From assembly GCA_965227515.1 (NCBI GenBank), contig CBDDFZ010000001.1, positions 1,888,001-1,952,000 of the forward strand: a stretch of DNA of 64,000 nucleotides, given 5' to 3'. A program made the position numbers and the translations under genes. This DNA is from Alphaproteobacteria bacterium (lineage in GTDB: Bacteria; Pseudomonadota; Alphaproteobacteria; CALKHQ01). This document shows, in pieces, positions 1 through 9,818 of this stretch (position 1 is the first letter of the stretch; every line of letters begins with the position of its first letter). The notes beneath the pieces are model-generated. The model did no database searches, was not told the DNA's origin, and was given only the letters and a program-made list of their open reading frames with translations.

Positions 1-418
1 CGGCACCAGCGTCCTCGGCCGGCGCTTCCGCAGGGGCCTCATCAGCCTCGGCAGGTGCCGCGGCCGCTTCCTCGGCTGCCTTCTTCGCCTCCTCGGCCTC
101 CTTCATGCGCTCAAGCGCCTTCGCCTTGGGCTGGCTCTTCTTGGTCTGCTCGCGCAGCACGAACTTCGGCGCCAGGCCGGCCTCGCCCAGGAAGCGGGCC
201 ACCCGGTCGGTCGGCTGCGCACCGACGCCCAGCCAGTGCTGCACGCGCTCGGTGTTCAGTTGCACGCGGTGCTCGTCGTCGCGCTCCAGCATCGGGTTGT
301 AGCTGCCCACCTTCTCGATGAAGCGGCCGTCGCGCGGGTTGCGCGCATCGGCAACCACGATGCGGTAGTAGGGGCGCTTCTTGGCGCCGGCACGGGCGAG
401 GCGGATTTTCAAAGCCAT
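1..418 (-). CDS. rpsP: 30S ribosomal protein S16 (runs off window start)
   Basis: Manual translation from ATG at 418: [42 protein letters not shown]; directly downstream of ffh; Ala/Glu-rich C-terminal tail. Confidence 0.97.
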   Translation of the reverse strand, partial: MALKIRLARAGAKKRPYYRIVVADARNPRDGRFIEKVGSYNPMLERDDEHRVQLNTERVQHWLGVGAQPTDRVARFLGEAGLAPKFVLREQTKKSQPKAKALERMKEAEEAKKAAEEAAAAPAEADEAPAEAPAEDAGA

Positions 419-478
419 CGCTGGTTGGTCCTTTCTGTGGTCGATTCCGTCGTGTCGCTAGCGAAACAGGATGCAGGG

Positions 479-1906
479 TCAGCCCTGCGGGAAACCGGGG
501 GGCAGGCCGCCGGGCGGCAAACCACCGGGGGGCATGCCGCCTCCCGGACCACCGCCGCCGCCACCGAGCAGGCTGCCCAGGCCGCCGCGCGCCAGCCCCT
601 TCGGGCCCAGCTTGCCGACCTTCTTCATCATCTTCGACATTTCCGCATGCTGCTTCAGCAGCTTGTTGACTTCCTGCACCGTGGTGCCGGAGCCGGTGGC
701 GATCCGCCGCTTGCGCGAGGCATGGATCACCTTCGGCTTGGTCCGCTCGCCGGGGGTCATCGACAGGATGATTGCCTCCTGGCGTTTCAGGATGCTCTCG
801 TCGACATTGGCCTGGTCGAGCTGTTTCTTGATCTTGCCGATGCCGGGCAGCAGGCCCATCAGGCCGCCGAACCCGCCCATCTTCTTCAGCTGGCGCAGTT
901 GCTGGAGAAGGTCGTTGAAGTCGAACTCGCCCTTCTGCATCTTGCGGGCGATCTTCTCCGCGTCCTCTTCCTCGATGACCTGCTGGGCCCTCTCCACCAG
1001 GCTGACGACGTCGCCCATGCCCAGGATGCGGCCGGCGATGCGGTCGGGGTGGAAGGGCTCAAGCGCGTCGATCTTCTCGCCGACGCCGATCAGCTTGATC
1101 GGGCAGCCGGTGACCGCGCGCATCGACAAGGCCGCGCCGCCGCGCGCGTCGCCGTCGACGCGGGTCAGCACGATGCCGGAAAGCCCGATCCGCTGGTTGA
1201 AGTTGGTGGCGGTGGTCACCGCGTCCTGGCCGGTCATGGCGTCGGCGACCAGCAGGGTCTCCGCCGGCTTCACCGCGTCGCGCACCGCCGCGACCTCGGC
1301 CATCAGCGTCTCGTCGATGGAAAGCCGGCCGGCGGTGTCCAGGATCACCACGTCATAGCCGTTGAGCTGGCCGGCGCTGATCGCGCGCTTGGCGATGTCG
1401 ACCGGGCGCTGGCCCGGCACGATGGGCAGCGTCTTCACCTCGGCCTGCTCGCCCAGCACGGCAAGCTGTTCCTGCGCGGCGGGGCGGTAAACGTCCAGCG
1501 ACGCCATCAGCACTTTCTTGCGCTGATCCACCTGCAGCATGCGGGCGATCTTGGCCGACGTGGTGGTCTTGCCGGAGCCCTGCAGGCCGACCATCAGGAT
1601 CGGCACCGGCGGCACCGCGTTCAGGTTCAGGCTCTGGGACTCGGCCCCCAGCATGGCGACCAGCTCGTCATGGACGATCTTGACCACCTGCTGGCCGGGG
1701 GTGACCGACTTGATGACTTCCTGGCCGACCGCGCGCTCGCGGACCTTGTTGACGAAGTCCTTGACGACGGGCAGCGCGACGTCGGCCTCCAGCAGCGCCA
1801 CGCGGACCTCGCGCATGGCCGTGCTGACGTCGGCCTCGCTCAGCGCGCCGCGCCGCTTCAGCTTGTCGAAGATATCGCCGAGCTTGCCACCTAGTCCGTC
1901 AAACAT
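479..1906 (-). CDS. ffh: Signal recognition particle protein Ffh
   Basis: GLQGSGKTTT, DTAGR and TRVDGDARGG motifs plus M domain; start trimmed to MFDGLGGKL. Confidence 0.98.
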   Translation of the reverse strand: MFDGLGGKLGDIFDKLKRRGALSEADVSTAMREVRVALLEADVALPVVKDFVNKVRERAVGQEVIKSVTPGQQVVKIVHDELVAMLGAESQSLNLNAVPPVPILMVGLQGSGKTTTSAKIARMLQVDQRKKVLMASLDVYRPAAQEQLAVLGEQAEVKTLPIVPGQRPVDIAKRAISAGQLNGYDVVILDTAGRLSIDETLMAEVAAVRDAVKPAETLLVADAMTGQDAVTTATNFNQRIGLSGIVLTRVDGDARGGAALSMRAVTGCPIKLIGVGEKIDALEPFHPDRIAGRILGMGDVVSLVERAQQVIEEEDAEKIARKMQKGEFDFNDLLQQLRQLKKMGGFGGLMGLLPGIGKIKKQLDQANVDESILKRQEAIILSMTPGERTKPKVIHASRKRRIATGSGTTVQEVNKLLKQHAEMSKMMKKVGKLGPKGLARGGLGSLLGGGGGGPGGGMPPGGLPPGGLPPGFPQG

Positions 1907-1962
1907 TGGGGCCTTCGAACATGTTGCCGTCCCGCGTTGTTGGCGCGCGCCAAACGAAAAAG

Positions 1963-1991
1963 CGCCGGTGCGCGAAACTCGCGGACCAGCG
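1963..1991 (-). ncRNA. Hairpin in ffh leader, possibly the alphaproteobacterial ffh leader RNA motif
   Basis: Minus strand CGCTGGT-CCGCGA-GTT-TCGCG-C-ACCGGCG bulged stem-loop about 60 nt upstream of the ffh start. Confidence 0.4.
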
Positions 1992-2137
1992 GAGCGCCGT
2001 GGCGCCTGGAAAGTCACTGCCCTGATGGGTCAGTCGTAGCGTGTGCGCGGGATATAGGGGGTTTCGGCGCGGTATGTCAACGATTGCGCGCGTAGTTGCA
2101 TTTGATCCACGGGGCCTATTCTCGAAAACACTCAAGT

Positions 2138-2225
2138 CGTCATGGTCGGGCTTGTCCCGACCATCCACGTCTTTTTCTCCGACGGCGGCAAGACGTGGAT
2201 GCCCGCAACAAGTGCGGGCATGACG
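2138..2225. repeat. CGTC-type REP-like double-hairpin repeat (family A, copy 1)
   Basis: CGTCATG-hairpin-ATCCACG...CGTGGAT-hairpin-CATGACG. Confidence 0.9.
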
Positions 2226-2243
2226 TTATTGAGCTTTCAAAAC

Positions 2244-2948
2244 CTACGCCGCCTCGGCCATTTCCGGGTACAGGCGTTCGGTCATGCGGGCGACGTAGTA
2301 GACCAGGTTCGGCATGTCGGAGACCGCCTGCTTCAACGGGCTCTCGAACGGCATCAGCAGCACGCTGGCCAGCATGCCGTAGATGGTGGCGTCCACTGTG
2401 TGCGGCTGCGCCCCGAACAGGAACGCGCGGTCGCCGAGCAGGGTCGACACCGCGTCGGCATCGCGGCGGCCGAATGCGTAGATCTCGGCCGGTGTGTGAC
2501 GCCCGATGCCGTGGCGCCACAGCATCTCGCGCGCGCTGTCGCGATAGCCGTTCGCCACCTCGTCCGGCACGTCGGCGAACACCATGCCGCGCAGCTTCTG
2601 CCAGTTCTCTTCCTCGATCCAGCGGCTGTAGACGATGGCGTGGTAGAACCGCTCCTCCATCATCACCTGCACGGCGTGGGCGGTCGCCCGGTCGACGGCG
2701 GCAAGGTCGTCATCGAGGGCGAGGCCGTGGTGGCGCGCCAGGTGCTCGGTGATCAGCGTGCTGTCGCCGATGACCTGGTCGCCGTCGGTGATGTAGGGCG
2801 CCTTGCCCTTCGGCGCGCCCGCCAGGTCGGTGATCGCTTCGACCTGGTACGGAATGCCGCCGAGGCGCAGGACCGTCTCCAGCTTCAGGCAGAAACCGCT
2901 GGGGCTGATGGTGCCGGGGCGGGCGACGAATTGGTGCAGGGTGAGCAT
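2244..2948 (-). CDS. Glutathione S-transferase family protein (metaxin/FAX-like)
   Basis: SGFCLKLETVLR, PKGKAPYI and IGDSTLI motifs; AGGAG RBS before ATG 2948. Confidence 0.88.
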   Translation of the reverse strand: MLTLHQFVARPGTISPSGFCLKLETVLRLGGIPYQVEAITDLAGAPKGKAPYITDGDQVIGDSTLITEHLARHHGLALDDDLAAVDRATAHAVQVMMEERFYHAIVYSRWIEEENWQKLRGMVFADVPDEVANGYRDSAREMLWRHGIGRHTPAEIYAFGRRDADAVSTLLGDRAFLFGAQPHTVDATIYGMLASVLLMPFESPLKQAVSDMPNLVYYVARMTERLYPEMAEAA

Positions 2949-3091
2949 GGCCGTTCTCCTGTTGGCGTGTGCGTCGGAAGGCACCATGCCAGCCCCCTGC
3001 TGACAGCCTGATGTCAGGAGAACACAGGGTGATCACGAAAAAGACCTGGCGCCATCGAGAACGAGCCTGATTGCTCCAAGACACCCTTGCT

Positions 3092-3181
3092 CGTCATGCC
3101 CGCACTTGTTGCGGGTATCCACGAGATGGCGGCGGAGCCGCCAACAAGACGTGGATGCTCGGGACAAGCCCGAGCATGGCG
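3092..3181. repeat. CGTC-type REP-like repeat (family A, copy 2)
   Basis: Same architecture; inverted near-identical copy of 7261-7350. Confidence 0.9.
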
Positions 3182-3233
3182 GGGTTGAAAATTTTGCGGT
3201 CGAACCAATGGGTGAGGCGACAACGACGGTGGG

Positions 3234-3863
3234 TCAGGCCGGCGCCAACCCCATCAACCCACACCCATCCTCCAACTGCCCCCACAGGCTCGCGGCCATC
3301 GACCAGCGGACGAGAATGAGAAAGTCGCTTGCCTCGTCCATATTGACCCGCGCGTAGAGGACAGCCGGGCCGTGGCCGATGTTGGTGCCGACCACGTCGC
3401 CTGATTTCAGCGCGCGCGGGTGGAGGTCGATGGTGGTGAAGCGGGCCAGCAGGTGACGGACTCCCGGACCGGTCGCCTCGATCACCGTGTAGTAGTCGGT
3501 GACGTCGACCAGTTGATGGTGCGTATCGCCCGCGGCTTCGCTGATGCTGTCGGCGAGCGCCGCTTCGCCATCCGGTTCGGTGATCAGCATCCATTCGTCG
3601 GGACCGAGCCACAGTGCCGGGCCGAACGCATTGTCGACGGCCCGGTTGGCGTGGCGCGGTATGGCGATGCCGCCGAGCCGCCAGTGGTCGTAGCGTTCCG
3701 CATCCGGCTGCACGCCGGCGGCCCAATCCGCGCAGAGCACATCCGGCTTGCCGCGCAGGATGAGCTTGCCCATGAAAGGGCGCTCGGCCAGCGTCACCGC
3801 GCCATCGCCGAAGGTCTGTGGCGTGGTGTGGGCGAGGGGGGAGAGGCGCGGCACGTCAGCCAT
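3234..3863 (-). CDS. soxG: Sarcosine oxidase subunit gamma
   Basis: LWLGPDEWML and DLHPRAL motifs; overlaps soxA stop. Confidence 0.9.
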   Translation of the reverse strand: MADVPRLSPLAHTTPQTFGDGAVTLAERPFMGKLILRGKPDVLCADWAAGVQPDAERYDHWRLGGIAIPRHANRAVDNAFGPALWLGPDEWMLITEPDGEAALADSISEAAGDTHHQLVDVTDYYTVIEATGPGVRHLLARFTTIDLHPRALKSGDVVGTNIGHGPAVLYARVNMDEASDFLILVRWSMAASLWGQLEDGCGLMGLAPA

Positions 3864-6800
3864 GACCATCCTCCCCCTTGGCCGCCGCCAGGAAGTCCGG
3901 CTCCACCACCTTCACCGGCACCGGCGTGTGCCCGGCGCCGGTTGCGTAGAGCGTCTGGCCGATGCGGTTGCCGCCGTCGGCCACCAGCGCCAGCGCGATG
4001 GCGCGTTGCAGGAACGGGCTGTCATAGCTCGACGTGACATGGCCCAGGGTCGGCACCGGGGGCGGGGGCTCGTACCGCGTCTCGATCAGGTGGCTGCCTT
4101 CGGCCAGCACCCGCGCCGGGTCCTCGGTCAGCAGCCCGACCAGTTGCAGCCGGCCCTCGCGCGCGGTGTCGGACCGGAACAGCGAGCGCCGGCCGATGAA
4201 GTCGCCCTTCTCCAGGTCGACGATCCAGTCCATGCGCAGGTCGTGCGGGGTGACGGTGCCGTCGGTGTCTTGGCCAACGATGATGAAGCCCTTCTCGGCG
4301 CGCATCAGGTGCATGCCGTCGGTGCCGTAGGGGGTGATGCCGTGGGCCGCACCTTTGGCCATCACCTTCTCCCACAGCCAGCGGCCGTGGGAGGCGCGGA
4401 TGTTGATCTCGTAGCCGAGGTCGCCGGTGAAGGCGACGCGGAAGACGCGCACCGGCACGCCCTCGATATGCGCGGGGCGCCACTGCATGAACTTGAAGCC
4501 GGCGGGGTCGGGGTCGAGGTCGTCGAACAGGCCGTCGACCACCGCGTGGCTGGCCGGCCCGCTGAGCGAGACCACTGCCCACTGCTCGGTGACGGTGGTC
4601 ATGTAGACGTCGAGGTCCGGCCACTCGGTCTGCAGGTAGTCCTCTAGCGTCGACAGCACGCTGGCCGCCCCGCCGGTGGTGGTGGTCATGTGGTAGTGGT
4701 TCATATCGATGCAGGCGGTGACACCGTCGTCACTGACCATGCCGTCCTCGCCCAGCATCAGGCCATAGCGGCAGCGGCCGGGCTTCAGCGTGTCGAAGCG
4801 GTTGGTGTAGACGCGGTTGAGGAAGGTGCCGGCGTCCTTGCCGACGATGTCGATCTTGCCGAGGGTGGAAGCGTCCATCACGCCGACCGTGGTGCGGGTG
4901 GCCAGGCACTCGCGGCGCACAGCATCGGCCAGGCTCTCGCCGGCCCGCGGATAGGCGCGGGCGCGCAGCCAGTCGCCCACCGGCTCGAACTCCGCACCGT
5001 TCTCCAGGTGCCAGCCGTGCATCGGCGTGGTGCGGGTGGGGTGGAAGTGCGGGCCGACCGCGTGCCCGGCGATGGCGCCGAACGTCACCGGCACCGTCGG
5101 CTGGCGGAAGGTGGTGGAGCCCACCTCAGGCACCGGCTTGCCGGTCAACTCGGCGACGATGCCGACCGTGTTCATGTTGGCGGTCTTGCCCTGGTCGGTG
5201 CCCATGCCGACTGTGGTGTAGCGCTTGACGTGCTCGATGCCGCGATAGCCCTCCTGTAGCGCGAGGTCGAGGTCGCGCACGGTGACGTCGTTCTGCAGGT
5301 CGACGAACGCTTTGGCCTTGCGGATCGGCTTGGACGACGTCGGCAGCCAGCTTTGCGCGACCGTGCCCGGGGTAGCCGGCGGGTTGGCGATGGGCGGGGT
5401 CTTCGATGCCTTCGCCTTGAAGCCAACGGCGGTTGCGGCAGCGGCGCCCGCGGTGGCGCCGTCTGCCATCGCCTCGGCGAGATCGAAGGTGCCGTTGGCG
5501 GCACCGACGCTCGTTTGCACCTGCCACGCCGTGCCGGGGCGATAGGCCATCAGCGCCGGGTCGTACCTCAGCGTGCCGCGCGACTGGCTGAACAGGGCGA
5601 CGTTGGGCACCCAGCCGGCGGCATTCAGCAGCAGGTCGCAGGCAACCCGCGCTTCCTCGCCTGGGCCGTTGGGGTGGGCGCTGTGCAGGATCGTGGCGTG
5701 GCGTATGCGCTTGCCGCCGCCTGTGTCGACCACGCTGGCGCCGACATAGACCGGGATGCTGCGGGCATGTGCGGCGGCCTGCAGCGCTGGGTCGGGGTTG
5801 GGCCGCGCGTCGGCGATGGCACCGATCTCGACCCCGGCGTCGGCGAGGTCGAAGGCAGCCTGCCAGGCGGCGTCGTGGCCGGCGAACAGCACCGCGCGGC
5901 CGCCGGCCTTCACGCCGTAGCGGTGCAGCATGTCTTGCGCCGCGCCGGCCAGCATGATGCCGGGCCGGTCGTTGTGGTGGAATGCAAACGGCCGCTCGAT
6001 CAGCCCGGTCGCGAGGATCACTTGCTTGGCGCGGATGCGCCATAGCCGCTGGCGCGGGGCCTTCGGGTCGCGATCGCCGGGCGGCAAATGGTCGGCCAAC
6101 CGCTGCCACAGCGTCACGAAATTGTCGGCGTAGTAGCCCACCGCCGTCGTCCGCGGCAGCAGCGTCGCTTCGGCGTGGCCGGCCAACTCATCGACTACGA
6201 CATCGGCCCATTGTGCCGCGGACTGGCCGCCGATCTGCAAGGCGTTGCCGCTGGCGCGCAGCCATCCGCCGAGCATCGGCTGGCTGTCGCACAGGATGAA
6301 CCTGGCATCGGCCTCCGCCGCCGCCCGCGCAGCCATCAGGCCGGCCGCACCGGCGCCGATGACCAGCACGTCGCAATGCCGGTTGATGGTGTCGTAGCGC
6401 TCCTGGTCGGTGCCGGTGGGCGCGATGCCAAGTCCGGCGGCGTTCCTGATGTGCGGCTCGAACGCCATCCAAGGCGCCGGTGGACCCATGAAGGTCTTGT
6501 AGTAGAAGCCGGCGGGCAGGAACCGGCCGGCGGCGCCGAACGCGGCCCGCGCGTCGAATCTCAGCGACGGCCAGCAATTCTGCGGCCCCGCCGCCAGCCC
6601 CTCGTAGAGCAGCTGGGTCGTCGCGCGCACATTGGGCTCGTCATGGGGCGTGCCGGGGCTGAGCTGCACCAGGCCCGCCGGATCCTCGTCGCCGGCGCCG
6701 AAGATGCCGCGCGGCCTGTGGTACTTGAAGCTGCGCCCGACCATGTGGACGCCATTGGCCAGCAGCGCCGAGGCCAGCGTGTCGCCCGCGAAGCCCTGAA

Positions 6801-6882
6801 AGGAGCGCCCATCGAACGTGAACGACAGCGGCTTCGACCGGTCGATCTGTCCGCCCTCGGCCGTGCGATATTGCTGGCTCAT
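3856..6882 (-). CDS. soxA: Sarcosine oxidase subunit alpha family
   Basis: GDTLASALLANG, RSFKYHRPRG, KRYTTVGMGTDQGK; C-terminal GcvT-like domain. Confidence 0.95.
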   Translation of the reverse strand: MSQQYRTAEGGQIDRSKPLSFTFDGRSFQGFAGDTLASALLANGVHMVGRSFKYHRPRGIFGAGDEDPAGLVQLSPGTPHDEPNVRATTQLLYEGLAAGPQNCWPSLRFDARAAFGAAGRFLPAGFYYKTFMGPPAPWMAFEPHIRNAAGLGIAPTGTDQERYDTINRHCDVLVIGAGAAGLMAARAAAEADARFILCDSQPMLGGWLRASGNALQIGGQSAAQWADVVVDELAGHAEATLLPRTTAVGYYADNFVTLWQRLADHLPPGDRDPKAPRQRLWRIRAKQVILATGLIERPFAFHHNDRPGIMLAGAAQDMLHRYGVKAGGRAVLFAGHDAAWQAAFDLADAGVEIGAIADARPNPDPALQAAAHARSIPVYVGASVVDTGGGKRIRHATILHSAHPNGPGEEARVACDLLLNAAGWVPNVALFSQSRGTLRYDPALMAYRPGTAWQVQTSVGAANGTFDLAEAMADGATAGAAAATAVGFKAKASKTPPIANPPATPGTVAQSWLPTSSKPIRKAKAFVDLQNDVTVRDLDLALQEGYRGIEHVKRYTTVGMGTDQGKTANMNTVGIVAELTGKPVPEVGSTTFRQPTVPVTFGAIAGHAVGPHFHPTRTTPMHGWHLENGAEFEPVGDWLRARAYPRAGESLADAVRRECLATRTTVGVMDASTLGKIDIVGKDAGTFLNRVYTNRFDTLKPGRCRYGLMLGEDGMVSDDGVTACIDMNHYHMTTTTGGAASVLSTLEDYLQTEWPDLDVYMTTVTEQWAVVSLSGPASHAVVDGLFDDLDPDPAGFKFMQWRPAHIEGVPVRVFRVAFTGDLGYEINIRASHGRWLWEKVMAKGAAHGITPYGTDGMHLMRAEKGFIIVGQDTDGTVTPHDLRMDWIVDLEKGDFIGRRSLFRSDTAREGRLQLVGLLTEDPARVLAEGSHLIETRYEPPPPVPTLGHVTSSYDSPFLQRAIALALVADGGNRIGQTLYATGAGHTPVPVKVVEPDFLAAAKGEDGHG

Positions 6883-7232
6883 TCCCGCTCGACTTTCGCG
6901 GCGTCGTTGCCCGAGCCGATGGCCGGCTCGCCTGCGGGTGTCGGCAGCACCTCACCCTCGACATTCGGACGCTCGGCACCGGGCGGGTAGGAGGCCAGCA
7001 CGCGGTCGGTGGCGGTGTTGCGCAGCACGTTGAAATAGCGGCGGCAGCCGGCGGCGTGCATCCAGCGCTCGGCGAACACGCCTTTGGTGTTGGTGCGCAT
7101 GAAGACGTAGTCGGCCCAAGCGTCGTCGTCCAAGTCCTCGGGCTTTTCCGGGCGCACGATGTGCGCTTCGCCGGCATAGGCGAACTCGTCCTGGTCGCGC
7201 TCGCCGCACCACGGGCATGGGATCAGCAGCAT
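6879..7232 (-). CDS. soxD: Sarcosine oxidase subunit delta
   Basis: MLLIPCPWCGER...ERWMHAAGCRRYFN zinc motif; ATGA overlap with soxA. Confidence 0.95.
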   Translation of the reverse strand: MLLIPCPWCGERDQDEFAYAGEAHIVRPEKPEDLDDDAWADYVFMRTNTKGVFAERWMHAAGCRRYFNVLRNTATDRVLASYPPGAERPNVEGEVLPTPAGEPAIGSGNDAAKVERE

Positions 7233-7260
7233 TGTTTGCCCGCCATATGACAAACCACAT

Positions 7261-7350
7261 CGTCATGCTCGGGCTTGTCCCGAGCATCCACGTCTTGTTG
7301 GCGGCTTTGCCGCCATCTCGTGGATGCCCGCAACAAGTGCGGGCATGACG
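7261..7350. repeat. CGTC-type REP-like repeat (family A, copy 3) between soxB and soxD
   Basis: Same architecture as copy 1; lies inside the operon. Confidence 0.9.
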
Positions 7351-7380
7351 GCGGGGTGGTTGCAGTTGCCATTGCGATCC

Positions 7381-8631
7381 TCAATGCGCCACGGCGGCGG
7401 CGCCGTGCTCGGCGACCAGCTTGCCTGAGGCGAAGCGTTCCATCGAGAACGGTGCGGCGATGGGGTGGGGGTCGTCGTTGGCGATTGTGTGGGCGAACAC
7501 GTGGCCGGAGCCGGGCGTCGCTTTCCAGCCGCCGGTGCCCCAGCCGGCATTGATGTAGAAGCCCTTCACCGGCGTCTTGGAGACGATCGGGCTCGCGTCC
7601 GGGCAGACGTCGACGATGCCGCCCCACTGCCGCATCATCCTGAGACGCGAGAAGATCGGGAACAGTTCCAGAAGCGCCGCCATCTGGTGCTCGATCACAC
7701 TGAACGCGCCGCGCTGCGAGTATCCGTTGGGCGCGTCCAGGCCGGCGCCCAGCACCAGCTCGCCCTTGTCGGACTGGCTGACATAGACGTGGACTGCGCC
7801 CGACATCACCACGCAATTGTGCACCGGCTTCACCGGCTCCGACACCAGAGCCTGAAGCGGATGGCTCTCGATCGGCAGGCGCAGGCCGAGCATGGCGGCG
7901 ATGACGCTGGAGTGCCCGGCGGCGACGCTGGCGACCTTGGACGTGCGGATGGTGCCGCGCGTGGTCTCCACCGCCTGCACCCCGCCGGCGTCCGCCTTGA
8001 TCGCGGTGACCTCGCAGTTCTGGATGATGTCGACGCCCAGCGCATCGGCCTGGCGCGCGAACCCCCACACCACCGCGTCGTGGCGATTGACGCCGCCGCG
8101 CCGCTGCAAGGTGCCGCCCAGCACCGGGAAGCGCGCGTCCGGGCTGGTGTTCACGATGGGGCAGAATTCGCGCACCTGCCTAGTGTCCAGCCACTCGGCG
8201 TCCACGCCTTGCAGGCGGTTCGCCTCCACCCGGCGTTTCAGGGTGCGCACCTCATTGTCGTCGTGGGCGAGGTTCAGCACGCCGCGATGGCTCATCATGA
8301 TGTTGAAGTTGAGGTCGCGGCCCAGCGTCTCCCACAGCTTCAGGGCGTGATCGTAGATCGCCGCGCTCTCGTCGTAGAGGTAGTTGGAGCGGATGATGGT
8401 GGTGTTGCGCCCGGCATTGCCTCCGCCGATCCAGCCCTTCTCCAGCACGGCGATGTTGGCCATGCCGTGCTCGCGGGCGAGGTAGTAGGCGGTGGCGAGC
8501 CCGTGCCCGCCGCCGCCGATGATCACCGCGTCATAGGCCGGCTTCGGATCCGGCGAACGCCATGCCGCCGGCCACCCCTTGTGGCCGCGCAGCCCTTCGC
8601 GCAACAGCCGCCATGCCGAGTACTTCGCCAT
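7381..8631 (-). CDS. soxB: Sarcosine oxidase subunit beta
   Basis: [38 protein letters not shown]; ends HGAAAVAH. Confidence 0.96.
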   Translation of the reverse strand: MAKYSAWRLLREGLRGHKGWPAAWRSPDPKPAYDAVIIGGGGHGLATAYYLAREHGMANIAVLEKGWIGGGNAGRNTTIIRSNYLYDESAAIYDHALKLWETLGRDLNFNIMMSHRGVLNLAHDDNEVRTLKRRVEANRLQGVDAEWLDTRQVREFCPIVNTSPDARFPVLGGTLQRRGGVNRHDAVVWGFARQADALGVDIIQNCEVTAIKADAGGVQAVETTRGTIRTSKVASVAAGHSSVIAAMLGLRLPIESHPLQALVSEPVKPVHNCVVMSGAVHVYVSQSDKGELVLGAGLDAPNGYSQRGAFSVIEHQMAALLELFPIFSRLRMMRQWGGIVDVCPDASPIVSKTPVKGFYINAGWGTGGWKATPGSGHVFAHTIANDDPHPIAAPFSMERFASGKLVAEHGAAAVAH

Positions 8632-8660
8632 AAATCAGGCCGTTGCCTGATTGTGCGAAT

Positions 8661-8744
8661 TCGGTGCCAGCCCACACCCCCTCCCGGCCGCCCAACGACA
8701 GTATGATGCCTGGGTGGCCGGGTGGGGGTGCGGGCCGGTGCCGA
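8661..8744. repeat. Long single-hairpin palindromic repeat (family B, copy 1)
   Basis: CCCCCTCCCGGCCGCCCA-loop containing GACAGTAT-TGGGTGGCCGGGTGGGGG; related copies at 39260 and 57789. Confidence 0.85.
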
Positions 8745-8762
8745 CTTTGTCGCTTGCGACCA

Positions 8763-9716
8763 TCAAGCGGTTTTCCCTTCCGGGATCGGGCTGTCCCAGC
8801 GGTCCATCCACTGGCCGGTCGAGGGGATTTCGAACGCCGACGGGTCCTTGAAGCGCGCGTATTCCTGGATGAAGTGCGAGGCGCTTTCGTACTCGGCCTG
8901 CAGGTCCGGGCGATAGGCGGGATCGTCGGCCTTGCGCATCAGGAACAGGGGCGTGCCCTCCGGCATGCCCGACGGCAGCGCCGGGTCCTGCCAGCGCAGG
9001 TCGATGCTCCAGCGCACCTCGTCGGAGAAGTTCTCCAGCGAGCGGTGCGGGATGAGCTGGTTGAGGAACAGCACCGACCCCTTTTTCATTTCGAAGGTGA
9101 CGATGTCGCCCTCGGGCAGGTCGGTCTCGGGAATGTAGAGATACCAGGACTGCTTGTTGCCGACCTTCTTCTCCAAATAGTGCTGCATCAGGCGTTCCGG
9201 CCGGTGGCCGCCGCGCACCACCTGGATCGGACCGTGGTCGCGGGTGATGTCCAGGAACGGGATCCAGGCCGTCGGCTGCAAGGTGTGTTCGGCGCCTTCC
9301 AGCAGGTAGGCCGTGTCCTGGTGCCACGGCACGGTCATGCGCTGGGTCTGCGGGGTCTTGGAGCGCACGTTCCAGATCGGGTGGCCGGCAATGTCGCCGC
9401 CGATCATCTGCCGCACGATGTCGATCAGGATGTCGCCGGCCCAGATCGCGCCGATGCCGGGCCGGAGCGAGCGCTTGAAATGGATCAGCACCGAGGTTTC
9501 GGGGTGCTCCTTCTCGATCAGCGCCAGCCGCTTGCCGAACGGCGCGTCGGCGTGCTTGTCGGTGATGCGGCCGGCGTCGTAGAGCACGTCGGCCATCTCG
9601 TCGACCATGGCGGCAATATCGTCCATCGCCGGCTGCAACAGGCTGTCGGGCAGCAGGTCCTCGACGAGCAGGAACCCGTCCTCGTCATACTGGTCTAGCT
9701 GTGCCTGGCTGAGCAT
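8763..9716 (-). CDS. Phytanoyl-CoA dioxygenase (PhyH) family Fe(II)/2-oxoglutarate oxygenase
   Basis: YDEDGFLLVEDLL, WHQD (HxD), HRS...NxS..VRWSIDLRW motifs. Confidence 0.9.
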   Translation of the reverse strand: MLSQAQLDQYDEDGFLLVEDLLPDSLLQPAMDDIAAMVDEMADVLYDAGRITDKHADAPFGKRLALIEKEHPETSVLIHFKRSLRPGIGAIWAGDILIDIVRQMIGGDIAGHPIWNVRSKTPQTQRMTVPWHQDTAYLLEGAEHTLQPTAWIPFLDITRDHGPIQVVRGGHRPERLMQHYLEKKVGNKQSWYLYIPETDLPEGDIVTFEMKKGSVLFLNQLIPHRSLENFSDEVRWSIDLRWQDPALPSGMPEGTPLFLMRKADDPAYRPDLQAEYESASHFIQEYARFKDPSAFEIPSTGQWMDRWDSPIPEGKTA

Positions 9717-9818
9717 GCCGTTCCCTCCCGATGCATGTGGCGGCATGGGCGGCCTTTCGGTGGCCGCCCTTTGTCTGGCCGCGATGCTACATGGTCAGGC
9801 AGGCGTGCGCCAATGCCG

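Noticed and set aside
479-600. Gly/Pro repeat at the ffh 3' end as a DNA repeat element
   Set aside because: It encodes the ordinary low-complexity GGMPPGGLPPG tail of Ffh.
236-1894. Long antisense or alternative-frame ORFs (also 21647-23065, 32913-35228, 44906-46873, 54360-56978)
   Set aside because: Shadows of well-supported genes, expected in high-GC DNA; no motifs and biased composition.
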